A stretch of 64,000 nt of DNA, from positions 25,312-89,311 of the forward strand of contig FR900987.1 in assembly GCA_000437915.1 (NCBI GenBank). The letters are read 5' to 3'. Source of the stretch: Subdoligranulum sp. CAG:314 (GTDB lineage: Bacteria; Bacillota; Clostridia; Christensenellales; CAG-314). The stretch's first letter is position 1; each line of letters opens with the position of its first letter. Positions 29,179 through 38,468 of the stretch are shown one piece after another. Both the position numbers and the translations under genes were made by a program. The notes beneath the pieces are model-generated. The model was not told the DNA's origin. It worked only from the letters and a program-made list of their open reading frames with translations, and ran no database searches.

Positions 29179-30438
29179 TTAAACCAATCCTATGTCGGCG
29201 CGGTATCTTGCGCCCTCGAATCCAACCTTGTCAATCTGTCCGTAAACCTTTTTCCGAGCCTTGTCGAGGCTTTCGTCAACGCCCACGACGTTAAATACCC
29301 GACCGCCGTTTGTTTTCAGCCGCCCGCCGTCAAGCTTGGTGCCGGCGTGTAGGAGTCTGACGCCGTCAAGGTCGCCTATACGGATTTCCTTGCCCTTGAC
29401 CACGTTGTCGGGATAACCACCGTCGGCTACCACAACGGTAAGCGCCGTTTCGTCGCTCCACAAAACTTCCGTACAGTCCAGCCTGCCCTCAATCACGGCG
29501 TTGACTATTTCAAGCAAATCGCTTTTTAAAAGCGTAAGCACGACCTGCGTTTCGGGGTCGCCGAAACGAGCGTTGTACTCCACCACTTTCAGCCCTCCGC
29601 TTGTTTTCATGAGTCCGAAGTAAAGCACGCCCTTGAAAACGATTCCATCCTTTTCAAGACCTTTGAGAGTAGGCAGCGCGATATTTTGCAGAAACTCATT
29701 TTTGTCCTGCTCCAAAAAATACGGCGTGGGCGCAAACGCTCCCATACCTCCCGTGTTGGCGCCTTTGTCCCCGTCAAACGCTTTTTTGTGATCCTGCGAC
29801 GCGGGCATGGGCAGAAGGGTTTTTCCGTCGCAGAAAGCCAGCACAGTGACCTCTCTGCCCGTCATAAACTCCTCCATAACCACTTTTCTTCCCGCATTTT
29901 CGCCGAATTTTAAGTCAACCATAACGCTTTTCAAAGCGTCAAAAACCTCTTGACGGGTTCGGCAGATGACAACTCCCTTGCCCAACGCAAGTCCGTCCGC
30001 TTTGACCACAACGGGCAAATCGCAGTTCTTTGCGTATTCCTCCGCGTCTTCAAAGTCGTCGAAAGCCCTGTATGCCGCCGTCGGTATGCCGTGTCTTGCC
30101 ATAAATTCTTTTGCGAAAGCCTTGCTTGCCTCCAACATAGCGGCTTTTTTGACAGGACCGAAAGCCTTGACTCCCCTTTCCGTCAGAAAGTCCACAAGTC
30201 CGCCCGCCAGCGGGTCGTCAGGCGCGACAAATACCAAATCGACGCCGTTTTTGATACAGAAATCGAAAATTCCCTCAAAATCCATAGGAGAAACGGGCGC
30301 GCAGGTCGCGCATTCGGCAATCCCCGCGTTTCCCGGCAGGCAGAACAATTTGTCAAGCAGCGGACTTTCTTTCAGTTTAAGCGCAATAGCGTGCTCCCTG
30401 CCGCCGCCTCCGATAATAGCTACGTTTATCTTTTTCAT
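29179..30438 (-). CDS. purD: phosphoribosylamine--glycine ligase
   Basis: ATP-grasp fold. N-terminal VAIIGGGGREHAI is typical of PurD. Confidence 0.93.
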   Translation of the reverse strand: MKKINVAIIGGGGREHAIALKLKESPLLDKLFCLPGNAGIAECATCAPVSPMDFEGIFDFCIKNGVDLVFVAPDDPLAGGLVDFLTERGVKAFGPVKKAAMLEASKAFAKEFMARHGIPTAAYRAFDDFEDAEEYAKNCDLPVVVKADGLALGKGVVICRTRQEVFDALKSVMVDLKFGENAGRKVVMEEFMTGREVTVLAFCDGKTLLPMPASQDHKKAFDGDKGANTGGMGAFAPTPYFLEQDKNEFLQNIALPTLKGLEKDGIVFKGVLYFGLMKTSGGLKVVEYNARFGDPETQVVLTLLKSDLLEIVNAVIEGRLDCTEVLWSDETALTVVVADGGYPDNVVKGKEIRIGDLDGVRLLHAGTKLDGGRLKTNGGRVFNVVGVDESLDKARKKVYGQIDKVGFEGARYRADIGLV

Positions 30439-30448
30439 TTTGTACCCG

Positions 30449-31975
30449 TCAATGCTTGAAATGTCTCAAACCGGTGAACACCATGGCTATGCCGTGCTCG
30501 TCCGCCTTTAAAATACTGTCCTTGTCCCTTATGCTGCCGCCGGGCTGAACTATGGCGGAAATTCCCGCCTGCGCCGCGCGCGTCACGCAATCGTCGAAGG
30601 GGAAGAAAGCGTCGGACGCAAGCACCGCGCCCTCCGTCGGAACATTGGAGTGCTCGATTGCCTGCTCCGCAGCCCAAATACGGTTTGTCTGCCCCACGCC
30701 TATACCTATGGTCGCGCTGCCCTTTGCAAGCACAATGGCGTTTGACTTGCAATGCTTGACAACCTTCATGGCAAAACGCATGGTTTCCGTTTGCTCCGCA
30801 GTGGGACGCTTTTTGGTGACGACCTGCACGTCGTCGAAAACCTTGTCGTCGGAATTTTGAACCAACAGTCCGCCGTACACGCGTTTGAACTCGACGGTCG
30901 GCTTGTTTTTCACCGCTACGTCGGGGAGAGCCAGCACGCGCAGATTATGCTTTTTTTCCAACGCTTCGAGCGCGGCTTCGGAAAAGGAAGGCGCTATGAC
31001 TATTTCGACGAAGATTTTGGAAATTTCCTCCGCAGTTTCCAAATCGATTTCGCGGTTGGCGGCGATGATTCCGCCGAAAATAGACACGGGGTCGCAGGCG
31101 TAAGCCTTTCTGTATGCTTCCGCAATCGTCGCCCCGCTCGCAACGCCGCAGGGATTGGAGTGCTTGACGGCAACCACGGTAGGCTCGTCAAACTCCTTCA
31201 AAAGCTCTATCGCTCCGTTAGAGTCGTTGAGATTGTTGTAGGACAGCTGCTTTCCGTTTTCCTGTCTTGCGTTGACTATGGAATTTGAAACGGGAAACAT
31301 ATCCGTATAAAGCGCAGCCTGCTGAAAAGGATTTTCTCCGTAGCGCAGCTGCTCCTTTTTCTCGAAAGCAAGCGTTAAGCTGTCGGGGAAATCAATCCCG
31401 AGCTTTTTGGCAAGATAAGCGGAAATCATACTGTCGTAGGCTGCGGTATGCGCGTAAACCTTGTACATGAGGTAAAGCCTCGTCTCACGGCTCACTTCTC
31501 CCGCTTCCAGCTCGGAAAGCGCCTTTTCGTAATCCGCGGGGTCGGTCAGCACGACCACGTCGCCGCTGTTTTTGGCGGCGCTTCTGAGCATCGTCGGCCC
31601 GCCTATGTCTATGTTTTCCACAACCTCGTCGAAGCCCTTGCCCGACATAACCGTTTGCTTAAACGGGTAAAGGTTGACTATAACCACGTCTATCGTTTGG
31701 ATTTTAAGCTCCTTCAAACGCCGCATGTGTTCGGCATTGTCTCTTTTTGCAAGCAGCCCCGCGTGAACTGCGGGATGAAGCGTCTTTACCCTGCCGTCGA
31801 GACACTCGGGAAAGCCGGTAACGTCGCTTATGTTGAGAGTTTTCAAGCCGGCGTCTTCAAGACATTTTTGAGTGCCTCCCGTGCTGATAATCTCATATCC
31901 CATTGCGGCGAGCCTTTTCGCCGCGTCCACGACGCCGTTTTTGTCGCTTACGCTTATCAACGCTCTTTTTTTCAT
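30449..31975 (-). CDS. purH: bifunctional AICAR transformylase / IMP cyclohydrolase
   Basis: 508 aa. N-terminal MGS-like domain RALISVSDKNG...ISTGGT. Confidence 0.93.
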   Translation of the reverse strand: MKKRALISVSDKNGVVDAAKRLAAMGYEIISTGGTQKCLEDAGLKTLNISDVTGFPECLDGRVKTLHPAVHAGLLAKRDNAEHMRRLKELKIQTIDVVIVNLYPFKQTVMSGKGFDEVVENIDIGGPTMLRSAAKNSGDVVVLTDPADYEKALSELEAGEVSRETRLYLMYKVYAHTAAYDSMISAYLAKKLGIDFPDSLTLAFEKKEQLRYGENPFQQAALYTDMFPVSNSIVNARQENGKQLSYNNLNDSNGAIELLKEFDEPTVVAVKHSNPCGVASGATIAEAYRKAYACDPVSIFGGIIAANREIDLETAEEISKIFVEIVIAPSFSEAALEALEKKHNLRVLALPDVAVKNKPTVEFKRVYGGLLVQNSDDKVFDDVQVVTKKRPTAEQTETMRFAMKVVKHCKSNAIVLAKGSATIGIGVGQTNRIWAAEQAIEHSNVPTEGAVLASDAFFPFDDCVTRAAQAGISAIVQPGGSIRDKDSILKADEHGIAMVFTGLRHFKH

Positions 31976-31997
31976 GATTTTTCCTCTCGTTGTATTT

Positions 31998-32582
31998 TCA
32001 TTGGTTTTTGCACAACGCCGCCACCACTCTCGGCAGCAGCTCGTGCTCCTTTTCCAGCACCTTGGCGGCGACGCTCTCCGCAGTGTCGTCCGCGTCCAGC
32101 TTTACGCGCGCCTGTGCAATAATTTCTCCCGTGTCGGTGCCCTCGTCAACGTAATGCACGGTGCAGCCGCTCTCTCTTTCGCCGTTTTCCACGACGGCGC
32201 GGTGCACTCTCATGCCGTAAAATCCGTCTCCGCAGTATTTGGGAATAAGCGACGGATGAATGTTGATGATTTTTTTTGCGAATCTCTCCACAAAGCGGGG
32301 CGGCAGGATATTGAGATAGCCCGCGAGCACAATCAGCTCCGTTCCGCGTCGAACAAGCTCGTCGCCGATTGCGGAAAACATTTCCTCGTCGGACGCAAAT
32401 TTCTTTTTGTCGAACACGGCGCTGTCTATCCCGTGCTTTTTCGCTCTTTCCAGCGCGCCTATGCCCTCCCTTGACGCCACCAGCAGCACGATTTTGCCGT
32501 CAATAAGCCCGCTTTCCACTCCGTCCACGACGCTTTGAAAATCGCTGCCGCCTCCCGACGCGAATACGGCTATGTTTTTCAT
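31998..32582 (-). CDS. purN: phosphoribosylglycinamide formyltransferase
   Basis: 194 aa. VFASGGGSDFQ and NIHPSLIP motifs. ATGA overlap with the purM stop. Confidence 0.9.
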   Translation of the reverse strand: MKNIAVFASGGGSDFQSVVDGVESGLIDGKIVLLVASREGIGALERAKKHGIDSAVFDKKKFASDEEMFSAIGDELVRRGTELIVLAGYLNILPPRFVERFAKKIINIHPSLIPKYCGDGFYGMRVHRAVVENGERESGCTVHYVDEGTDTGEIIAQARVKLDADDTAESVAAKVLEKEHELLPRVVAALCKNQ

Positions 32583-33595
32583 AGAATTACGCCCCGACCT
32601 CTGACGACTTCGCCAAGACGGACAGGCTCCTCGTTGAGAGAACGCAAGGTTTCAAGCGCCTTTTCCTCCTCCGCACCGTCCAAGCACAGCACCATGCCTA
32701 TACCCATATTGAAGGTGTTGTACATTTTTTCGTCCGAGATGCCCGAGCGTCTTTGAAGCGCCTTAAACAGCGCGGGTATTTCATAAGACGACCTGTCGAT
32801 TTTTGCGGCAAGCCCTTCGGGCAAAATTCTCGGTATGTTTTCGACAAAGCCGCCGCCCGTGATATGGGCAATGCCCTTAATCGGATGCTTTTCAATCAGA
32901 GAAAGTATCGTTTTGACATATATCCTCGTAGGTCTCAAAAGCGCCTGAGCGGGGGACTCTCCAAGCTCCGCGTCGAACCTTTCCAAATCCTCTTTTACGG
33001 GAGGGAAAAGCTTTCTCACAAGAGAATAGCCGTTGCTGTGCACTCCGCTGGATTTCAAACCCACAAGTCTGTCTCCCTCTTTTATCCCGCTGCCGTTGAT
33101 GATTTTGTTTTTCTTGGCGACGCCCACCGCGAACCCCGCCATGTCGTAGTCGTCGTCGGCGTAAAAGCCCGGCATTTCGGCTGTCTCTCCGCCGATAAGA
33201 GCGCAGCCCGCCTGCCTGCACCCCTCGCTTACTCCCTTGACAATCATGGCCACCTTTTGCGGCACGAGCCTTGACAGCGCAATGTAGTCGAGAAAAATCA
33301 GCGGCTTTGCTCCCTGACACACAATGTCGTTCACGCACATGGCAACGCAGTCTATGCCCACCGTATCGTGCCTGTCCAGCACAAAGGCGTATTTGAGCTT
33401 TGTTCCCACGCCGTCGGTGCCCGCCACCAGAACGTCTCCGTCCGGCTTGTCGTCAAGAGCGTAAAAACCGCCGAAGGAGCCCAAATCGCCCAGCACGCCG
33501 TCGGTGTAGGTTTCCTTGACGTATTTCTTCATGAGTCTGACCGCTTCGTAGCCTCTTTCCACGTCTACGCCCGCGCTTTTGTAATCAATCGCCAT
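32579..33595 (-). CDS. purM: phosphoribosylformylglycinamidine cyclo-ligase (AIR synthase)
   Basis: Start moved to ATG 33595 (MAIDYKSAGVD) behind GGAG with 6-nt spacing. The ORF track opens two codons earlier at TTG. Confidence 0.9.
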   Translation of the reverse strand: MAIDYKSAGVDVERGYEAVRLMKKYVKETYTDGVLGDLGSFGGFYALDDKPDGDVLVAGTDGVGTKLKYAFVLDRHDTVGIDCVAMCVNDIVCQGAKPLIFLDYIALSRLVPQKVAMIVKGVSEGCRQAGCALIGGETAEMPGFYADDDYDMAGFAVGVAKKNKIINGSGIKEGDRLVGLKSSGVHSNGYSLVRKLFPPVKEDLERFDAELGESPAQALLRPTRIYVKTILSLIEKHPIKGIAHITGGGFVENIPRILPEGLAAKIDRSSYEIPALFKALQRRSGISDEKMYNTFNMGIGMVLCLDGAEEEKALETLRSLNEEPVRLGEVVRGRGVIL

Positions 33596-33619
33596 AATCA
33601 ACTCCTGTCTTTTTTCCGT

Positions 33620-35038
33620 TTATTCAAAAATAAATTTTCCCGTCTCGTCGTCCGTCACGCTGTCGGGATAATTCCCGTCGAAGCACGCCGCGCAGAAACC
33701 GCCGCCTCCGCAGGCTGTTTTAAGACATTCGAGCGGAATATAGTTGAGACTGTCCGCGCCGATTTTTTTGCATATGTCGTCCTTTGTGATTTTGCCGCCT
33801 ACAAGCTCCTCTCTTGTCTGCATATCCACTCCGAAATAGCACGGATGACCGACAATGGGAGAACCGACAAGCATATGAATTTCCTTTGCGCCGTTTTTGC
33901 GCAGCAGGCTGATTATTTTTTTGCTTGTTGTGCCGCGCACTATCGAGTCGTCGATGAGTATAATTCTTTTGCCCTCTATGTTGCTGCGGAACGCGTTGAG
34001 CTTCAAGCTGACGGAGTTTTCCCTTACGCTCTGCGAGGGCTGAATAAAGGTTCTGCCTACATAGCGGTTTTTGCTTATTGCGTCCACCATGGGTATGCCG
34101 CTCACGTCCGAATAACCCTTTGCGCACACCAGCGCGCTGTCCGGCACTCCCGCCACAAGGTCCGCGTCGATTTTGAAAAGCTCCGCAAGCATTCTGCCGC
34201 ACTTGTAGCGCGCTTCGTATACGGACACGCCGTTTAAAACCGAGTCGCTCCTGCTGATGTACACGTATTCGAAAATACAAAACTTCGGCTCGATGTTTTT
34301 TAAAAACCTGCTCTGCATTTCAAGGTTTTCGTCGATTACCAAAACCTCTCCGGGCTTGACGTCCCGCACAATCTCCGCGCCGATTGCGTCCAGAGCGCAG
34401 GACTCGCTCGCCGCCACAATCTCGCCCTCGGGCGTTTTGCCTATAATCAGCGGTTTGAGACCGTGCCTGTCGCGCACGGCTACAAGCTTGCCCTCCGCCA
34501 TGACAAGCAGCGAAAACGCGCCGAGAAACTCCTCGCAGGCGGCGACTATTCCGCCCACAAGGTCGTCCTTGATGTGGTAGTTTATTCTCGCGGCAATCAC
34601 CTCGCTGTCTATCGAGCTTTGAAAAATATGCCCCTTGTCCAGCATCTGCGCCTTGATTTGATTGGCGTTTACCACGTTTCCGTTGTGGGCTACCGCCATT
34701 CTGCCCTTTTTTCCGTAAAAAACCACCGGCTGAGCGTTGACTACGTTGCTCGAGCCTGTGGTGGAATATCTCACGTGACCGACAGCTACGGTGGTAGGCG
34801 GCAAAAGCTCAAGCTCCGCCTCCTTGAACACGTCGTTGACAAGCCCCATGTTTTTGTAATAAACCGCCTTGTCTTTTTGGTAGGAAACGGCGATTCCCGC
34901 GCTTTCCTGCCCTCTGTGCTGCAACGCGAAAAGTCCGAAATACACCTTTCGCGCAAGCTCCGAGCTGTCGCGGGAGATTATTCCGAAAATGCCGCAAGCT
35001 TCCTTTATGTTTCTTTCAAGCAGAATTTTTTCCGCCAT
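33620..35038 (-). CDS. purF: amidophosphoribosyltransferase
   Basis: Ntn Cys after a propeptide (..EACGIFGI). PRPP loop ILIDDSIVRGTT. C-terminal Fe-S cysteines. Confidence 0.93.
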   Translation of the reverse strand: MAEKILLERNIKEACGIFGIISRDSSELARKVYFGLFALQHRGQESAGIAVSYQKDKAVYYKNMGLVNDVFKEAELELLPPTTVAVGHVRYSTTGSSNVVNAQPVVFYGKKGRMAVAHNGNVVNANQIKAQMLDKGHIFQSSIDSEVIAARINYHIKDDLVGGIVAACEEFLGAFSLLVMAEGKLVAVRDRHGLKPLIIGKTPEGEIVAASESCALDAIGAEIVRDVKPGEVLVIDENLEMQSRFLKNIEPKFCIFEYVYISRSDSVLNGVSVYEARYKCGRMLAELFKIDADLVAGVPDSALVCAKGYSDVSGIPMVDAISKNRYVGRTFIQPSQSVRENSVSLKLNAFRSNIEGKRIILIDDSIVRGTTSKKIISLLRKNGAKEIHMLVGSPIVGHPCYFGVDMQTREELVGGKITKDDICKKIGADSLNYIPLECLKTACGGGGFCAACFDGNYPDSVTDDETGKFIFE

Positions 35039-35751
35039 TACGCCTTTTCTCCCATAAGTCTCGCAAGCACCTCTCTGTACGCCTCCTCCACTTTTCCCAA
35101 ATCGCGTCTGAAACGGTCCTTGTCAAGCTTTTCGTGCGTAACGGTGTCCCAGAAACGGCAGGTGTCGGGTGAAATTTCGTCGGCAAGCAGAATTTTGCCG
35201 TGAAAACGACCGAATTCGATTTTAAAATCGACGAGGTCGATGTTTATGTCTTTGAAATAAGCGCGCATAAAATCGTTGATTTTAAAGGCTTTTTCCTTGA
35301 TTTCGTCCAGCTCCCGTTTTTCGGCAAGCCCCAGTGCGAATATGTGATAATCGTTTACCAAAGGGTCTCCCAGCGCGTCGTCCTTGTAGCAAAATTCCAA
35401 AACGGCGCTTTTCAACGGCGTGCCCTCTTTCAGTCCGAGCCTTTTGCTCAGACTGCCCGCCGCTATGTTTCTCACTATGACCTCCAACGGCACGATTTCA
35501 ACCTTTTTTACCAGTGCGTCCGTGTCGGAAAGTTCCCTAATCAAATGAGTTTCGATGCCGTGCTTTTCAAGCTGCGCGAACATGAAATTGGAGCATTTGT
35601 TGTTTACCGTGCCCTTGCCGGCTATTTGCCCCTTTTTCTGCCCGTTGAACGCGGTCGCGTCGTCCTTGTAGCTGACTATAACCGCGTCCGCATCGTCCGT
35701 TTTGAATACCTTTTTGGCTTTGCCCTCGTACATCAATTCTCTTTTTTCCAT
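35038..35751 (-). CDS. purC: phosphoribosylaminoimidazole-succinocarboxamide synthase
   Basis: 237 aa. The N-terminal [11 protein letters not shown] is typical of PurC. Confidence 0.92.
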   Translation of the reverse strand: MEKRELMYEGKAKKVFKTDDADAVIVSYKDDATAFNGQKKGQIAGKGTVNNKCSNFMFAQLEKHGIETHLIRELSDTDALVKKVEIVPLEVIVRNIAAGSLSKRLGLKEGTPLKSAVLEFCYKDDALGDPLVNDYHIFALGLAEKRELDEIKEKAFKINDFMRAYFKDINIDLVDFKIEFGRFHGKILLADEISPDTCRFWDTVTHEKLDKDRFRRDLGKVEEAYREVLARLMGEKA

Positions 35752-35787
35752 TTTTTTAAGACTCCTTTTAGTTCGTCGATAATTCTT

Positions 35788-36273
35788 TCAGTCCTTGCCC
35801 TGCGGCAAAACCGTTTCAAGCACGTCCAAGCGCATCCTTTCCCTGTGGGCGACAAGCCGTTTTGCAAGAGCCGCGTCGGACAACGCAAGCATCTGCGCCG
35901 CCAGAATACCCGCATTCTGCGCGCCGTTTATCGCCACGGTTGCCACGGGCACGCCGTTCGGCATCTGAACGACGGACAGCAGGCTGTCCAATCCGTCCAA
36001 CGTGGAGCTTTTGACAGGCAGACCGATGACGGGCAGCACGGTGTGTGCGGCAATAAATCCCGCAAGATGAGCCGCCTTTCCCGCGGCAGCGACAATCACC
36101 TTGACTCCGCTCTCCGCCGCGTTTTTGGCAAACTCCGCCACCTCGTCGGGAGTGCGGTGGGCGCTCATGACCTTCATCTCCGCGTCCACGCCCAGCTTCC
36201 TTAAAATTTCATAAGCGGGAAGCACCGTTTCGTAATCGCTTTTGCTTCCCATGACAATAGTGACAACCGCCAT
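35788..36273 (-). CDS. purE: AIR carboxylase / N5-CAIR mutase
   Basis: Start moved to ATG 36273 (MAVVTIVMGSKSDY). SAHRTP motif. No purK in the window. Confidence 0.9.
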   Translation of the reverse strand: MAVVTIVMGSKSDYETVLPAYEILRKLGVDAEMKVMSAHRTPDEVAEFAKNAAESGVKVIVAAAGKAAHLAGFIAAHTVLPVIGLPVKSSTLDGLDSLLSVVQMPNGVPVATVAINGAQNAGILAAQMLALSDAALAKRLVAHRERMRLDVLETVLPQGKD

Positions 36274-36303
36274 AGATTCCTTTGTTACCTCCTGAAATAA
36301 ATC

Positions 36304-36344
36304 AAAAAAGGCAATTTCGCATGACAAAGCAAGCAGAAATTGCC
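36304..36344 (-). terminator. ZTP-riboswitch terminator
   Basis: Minus strand GGCAATTTC (36344-36336) / GAAATTGCC (36318-36310), then TTTTTT (36309-36304). The 5' arm overlaps the aptamer CTGGGCA. Confidence 0.8.
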
Positions 36345-36413
36345 CAGACGGACGGCTTGAACCGTTTGCGTACTCCCCCGCAGTAACCTGCCGAATTTCC
36401 GTCAGTCATACGC
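36341..36413 (-). promoter_or_regulatory. ZTP (pfl-motif) riboswitch aptamer
   Basis: Minus strand GCGTA-TGACTGACGG...GCGGGGGAG-TACGC, a linker, then CCGTCCGTCTGGGCA. P1 is GCGTA/TACGC and the pseudoknot is GACGG/CCGTC. The conserved CGGGGGAG and CTGGGCA blocks are present. Confidence 0.85.
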
Positions 36414-36431
36414 AACGTAAAATACCTGTTT

Positions 36432-36460
36432 ATTGTAGCATATCCCAGTTTCAAAGTCAA
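36432..36460 (-). promoter_or_regulatory. sigma-A type promoter of the pur operon
   Basis: Minus strand TTGACT (36460-36455), 17-nt spacer, TACAAT (36437-36432). Confidence 0.75.
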
Positions 36461-36524
36461 CGAAAAGTAAAGCAACGACGGCGGTAAAAGTTGTTTTGAC
36501 GCTTGTTTTTGCCGCAGAAAATAC

Positions 36525-36549
36525 AACGGACCGGTTTAACCGGTCCGTT
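36525..36549. terminator. terminator of the Ig-like lipoprotein gene
   Basis: AACGGACCGG-ttta-ACCGGTCCGTT palindrome. On the minus strand it is followed by TGTATTTT. Confidence 0.75.
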
Positions 36550-36566
36550 TGACAGTCAACAATGTT

Positions 36567-38141
36567 TCAGGCTTGCTCTGCGCCCGTTTCTTGCGCTATG
36601 TCTATATCCACGTTGAATTTAAGCTCGACAAGTCCCTTGCCGAAAACGTAAACGCTGTAAGTAAGCTCGTAGTCGCCGCTCTCGTTGTCCTCCGCGGTCG
36701 CGCCCCACTTGGGATAATATCCGAGAGCCAAATCGCTTTCGGGCGTGGTCAGACCGTATGTAACGGAGGTTTCGTCTCCCTTGACGATAACCTTTTTCGT
36801 AATAATCAAATCGGTTGCCGCAGCGCCGTCATAGGCGATTTTAAGCATATCGCTGCCGTTTTTGAGCACAACGTCATACTCGCCTTCGTTCTGCGCCACC
36901 GTGCTTTCGCCGCTCATGGCAACATTGGAAACGGTAAGACTGCCGCTCAAAGCGCTCACGTTGATTTGGTAGTCGGTGTCGTTGATTTTGACGGCGCCGT
37001 CGCCCGCTTCAAACAGCACGATAATCGCCGAGGCGTAAAGCGCTTTGTCGTTGCTGTCCCAGTACCAGACCAAATCTCTCACGAAAACGTTGTTGCCCAC
37101 AGACAAAGTCACAAGCTCCTGATTGTCGTATTCCGTACCGCCCACGGTAAAGGTCTGCGGCGCAAAATCCATATCAGCAACCTTTACGTAAAAAACGAAA
37201 TTCACGTATTCGGCTTTTACCTGGTCGAAGGTCTTGTAGGTTTTTTCGTCCCCGCCGGTAAACTTGTTGTAAATCTCTTTCGCGCTTTCCACGGCGGCGA
37301 CAGCCTGCGTGTCGATTTGTCCGTTTATCGTAAGAGCCGAGTTGACCTGAACGGGAACATTTGCCGTCACGTCGGCATAATCCTTGTAGGTCACGACGAC
37401 AAAGGTATCCTCCAAAGTCAGCGCTCTGTCTTCAAAAGAAAACTGCGACGTCGCGTCAAAGCTCGTGCCGTCGTTGTACTCGGCAGTGAGCACCAGTCCC
37501 GTCGCGTCGAATTTTTCTCCCGCAACGTAAACCGTCTTTTCGGGAGCCTGCTTGACGGTCAAAGAAGTCAGAGTTTTGGCAACGACGGTTACTTCAACCT
37601 TGACGGCTCTCTCGCCGTAGGATACGACCACGAACTCGTCGTCAACGGACAGAGTGGTTTTGCTGTACGACACGTTTGCCGTTACGTCCTCCTCCGAACC
37701 GTCTCTGTAAACGGCTTTGACGGAAATGCCGGCGGATTCAAACCGCTGCCCCTCGACGTAAGAAAGCTTCGCGGGTTTGCTCACAAGAACAAGCTCCGTG
37801 ACAAACTTGGTGTAAACCTTTACGTTCCAAGTCGTGGTCAGCTTGGTTTCCCCTTCCGTATATGTAACGGTGATTACCTTTTCGCCTACTGTCAGCTTGT
37901 CGGACAGAACCATATCCGCAGTCATGGGCGTTTCCTTGGCTTTGCCGTTGCTGTAAGTAACCTTGAGTATGCCTCCGGTAACATCAAGATAGTCGTCCAC
38001 GAGATAAACGGACTTGTCCGGATTTTTCACGACCTCTACCGAAACCGGCGTCGCCTCCTTGCCTTCGCACGCCGCTAGAGCAAACGTAAACGTCAGCGCA
38101 AGCAGCAAAACGACCAACAAAAGCCTTGTCTTTGATTTCAT
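36567..38141 (-). CDS. surface lipoprotein with three bacterial Ig-like (Big_3-type) repeats
   Basis: Signal peptide with lipobox (LALTFTFALAAC). Three ~75-aa repeats of the pattern P.K..Y..G...d..G..v...Y.dGs, then a ~250-aa unique C-terminal region. Confidence 0.8.
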   Translation of the reverse strand: MKSKTRLLLVVLLLALTFTFALAACEGKEATPVSVEVVKNPDKSVYLVDDYLDVTGGILKVTYSNGKAKETPMTADMVLSDKLTVGEKVITVTYTEGETKLTTTWNVKVYTKFVTELVLVSKPAKLSYVEGQRFESAGISVKAVYRDGSEEDVTANVSYSKTTLSVDDEFVVVSYGERAVKVEVTVVAKTLTSLTVKQAPEKTVYVAGEKFDATGLVLTAEYNDGTSFDATSQFSFEDRALTLEDTFVVVTYKDYADVTANVPVQVNSALTINGQIDTQAVAAVESAKEIYNKFTGGDEKTYKTFDQVKAEYVNFVFYVKVADMDFAPQTFTVGGTEYDNQELVTLSVGNNVFVRDLVWYWDSNDKALYASAIIVLFEAGDGAVKINDTDYQINVSALSGSLTVSNVAMSGESTVAQNEGEYDVVLKNGSDMLKIAYDGAAATDLIITKKVIVKGDETSVTYGLTTPESDLALGYYPKWGATAEDNESGDYELTYSVYVFGKGLVELKFNVDIDIAQETGAEQA

Positions 38142-38185
38142 CGATTTTCCTCCCTTTTAAGTCTCTCGACTGTTACGGTGCAACC

Positions 38186-38214
38186 ATTATAAACGAAATC
38201 GTCTTTAAGGTCAA
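38186..38214 (-). promoter_or_regulatory. sigma-A type promoter of the Ig-like lipoprotein gene
   Basis: Minus strand TTGACC (38214-38209), 17-nt spacer, TATAAT (38191-38186). Confidence 0.7.
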
Positions 38215-38238
38215 CAAAAAAACCGCGTTTGGGCGGTT
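38214..38238 (-). terminator. orphan minus-strand terminator hairpin abutting the -35 element
   Basis: Minus strand AACCGC-ccaaac-GCGGTT followed directly by a T-run (7 T including the arm). No annotated minus-strand gene lies upstream of it. Confidence 0.5.
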
Positions 38239-38408
38239 CCTGTTTTTTCCTTTGCCCGACTTGACAATTAATCTCATTTTATTTTTTTCGTTTACTCACA
38301 AAAGCAAATTTCCTCCTCGAATATACTCTCGTTTTTCGGCTATTGTTTTGTGAGACGTCGGGTGAAAAGCTATTTCATTGTTTTGTCACACCAAAAACCG
38401 CGACGGTA

Positions 38409-38417
38409 TGTTAAAAT
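38409..38417 (+). promoter_or_regulatory. extended -10 promoter of pepF
   Basis: TGtTAAAAT. AAGGAGA RBS 9 nt before ATG 38469. Confidence 0.5.
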
Positions 38418-38468
38418 AATGCTCGGAAATATTCGGGACTAACCGACAGACAAGGAGACAATCAGACA

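Noticed and set aside
25377-29294. 580-aa and 525-aa plus-strand ORFs (25377..27119, 27717..29294)
   Set aside because: Both are antisense to purL. The same applies to other long antisense ORFs over carB, gcvPA, purC/purE, prfB, addA and addB. They reflect stop-codon-poor antisense frames in GC3-biased genes.
36549-38078. 509-aa ORF on the plus strand
   Set aside because: It is antisense to the Ig-like lipoprotein gene, which has a signal peptide, a lipobox and internal repeats.
38268-38300. Small minus-strand ORF (ATG at ~38276, 34 codons) and mini-ORFs near GAGGAGGA
   Set aside because: The ATG has no RBS at proper spacing, the GAGGAGGA motif has no start codon at usable distance, and the sequence runs through the terminator and the promoter.
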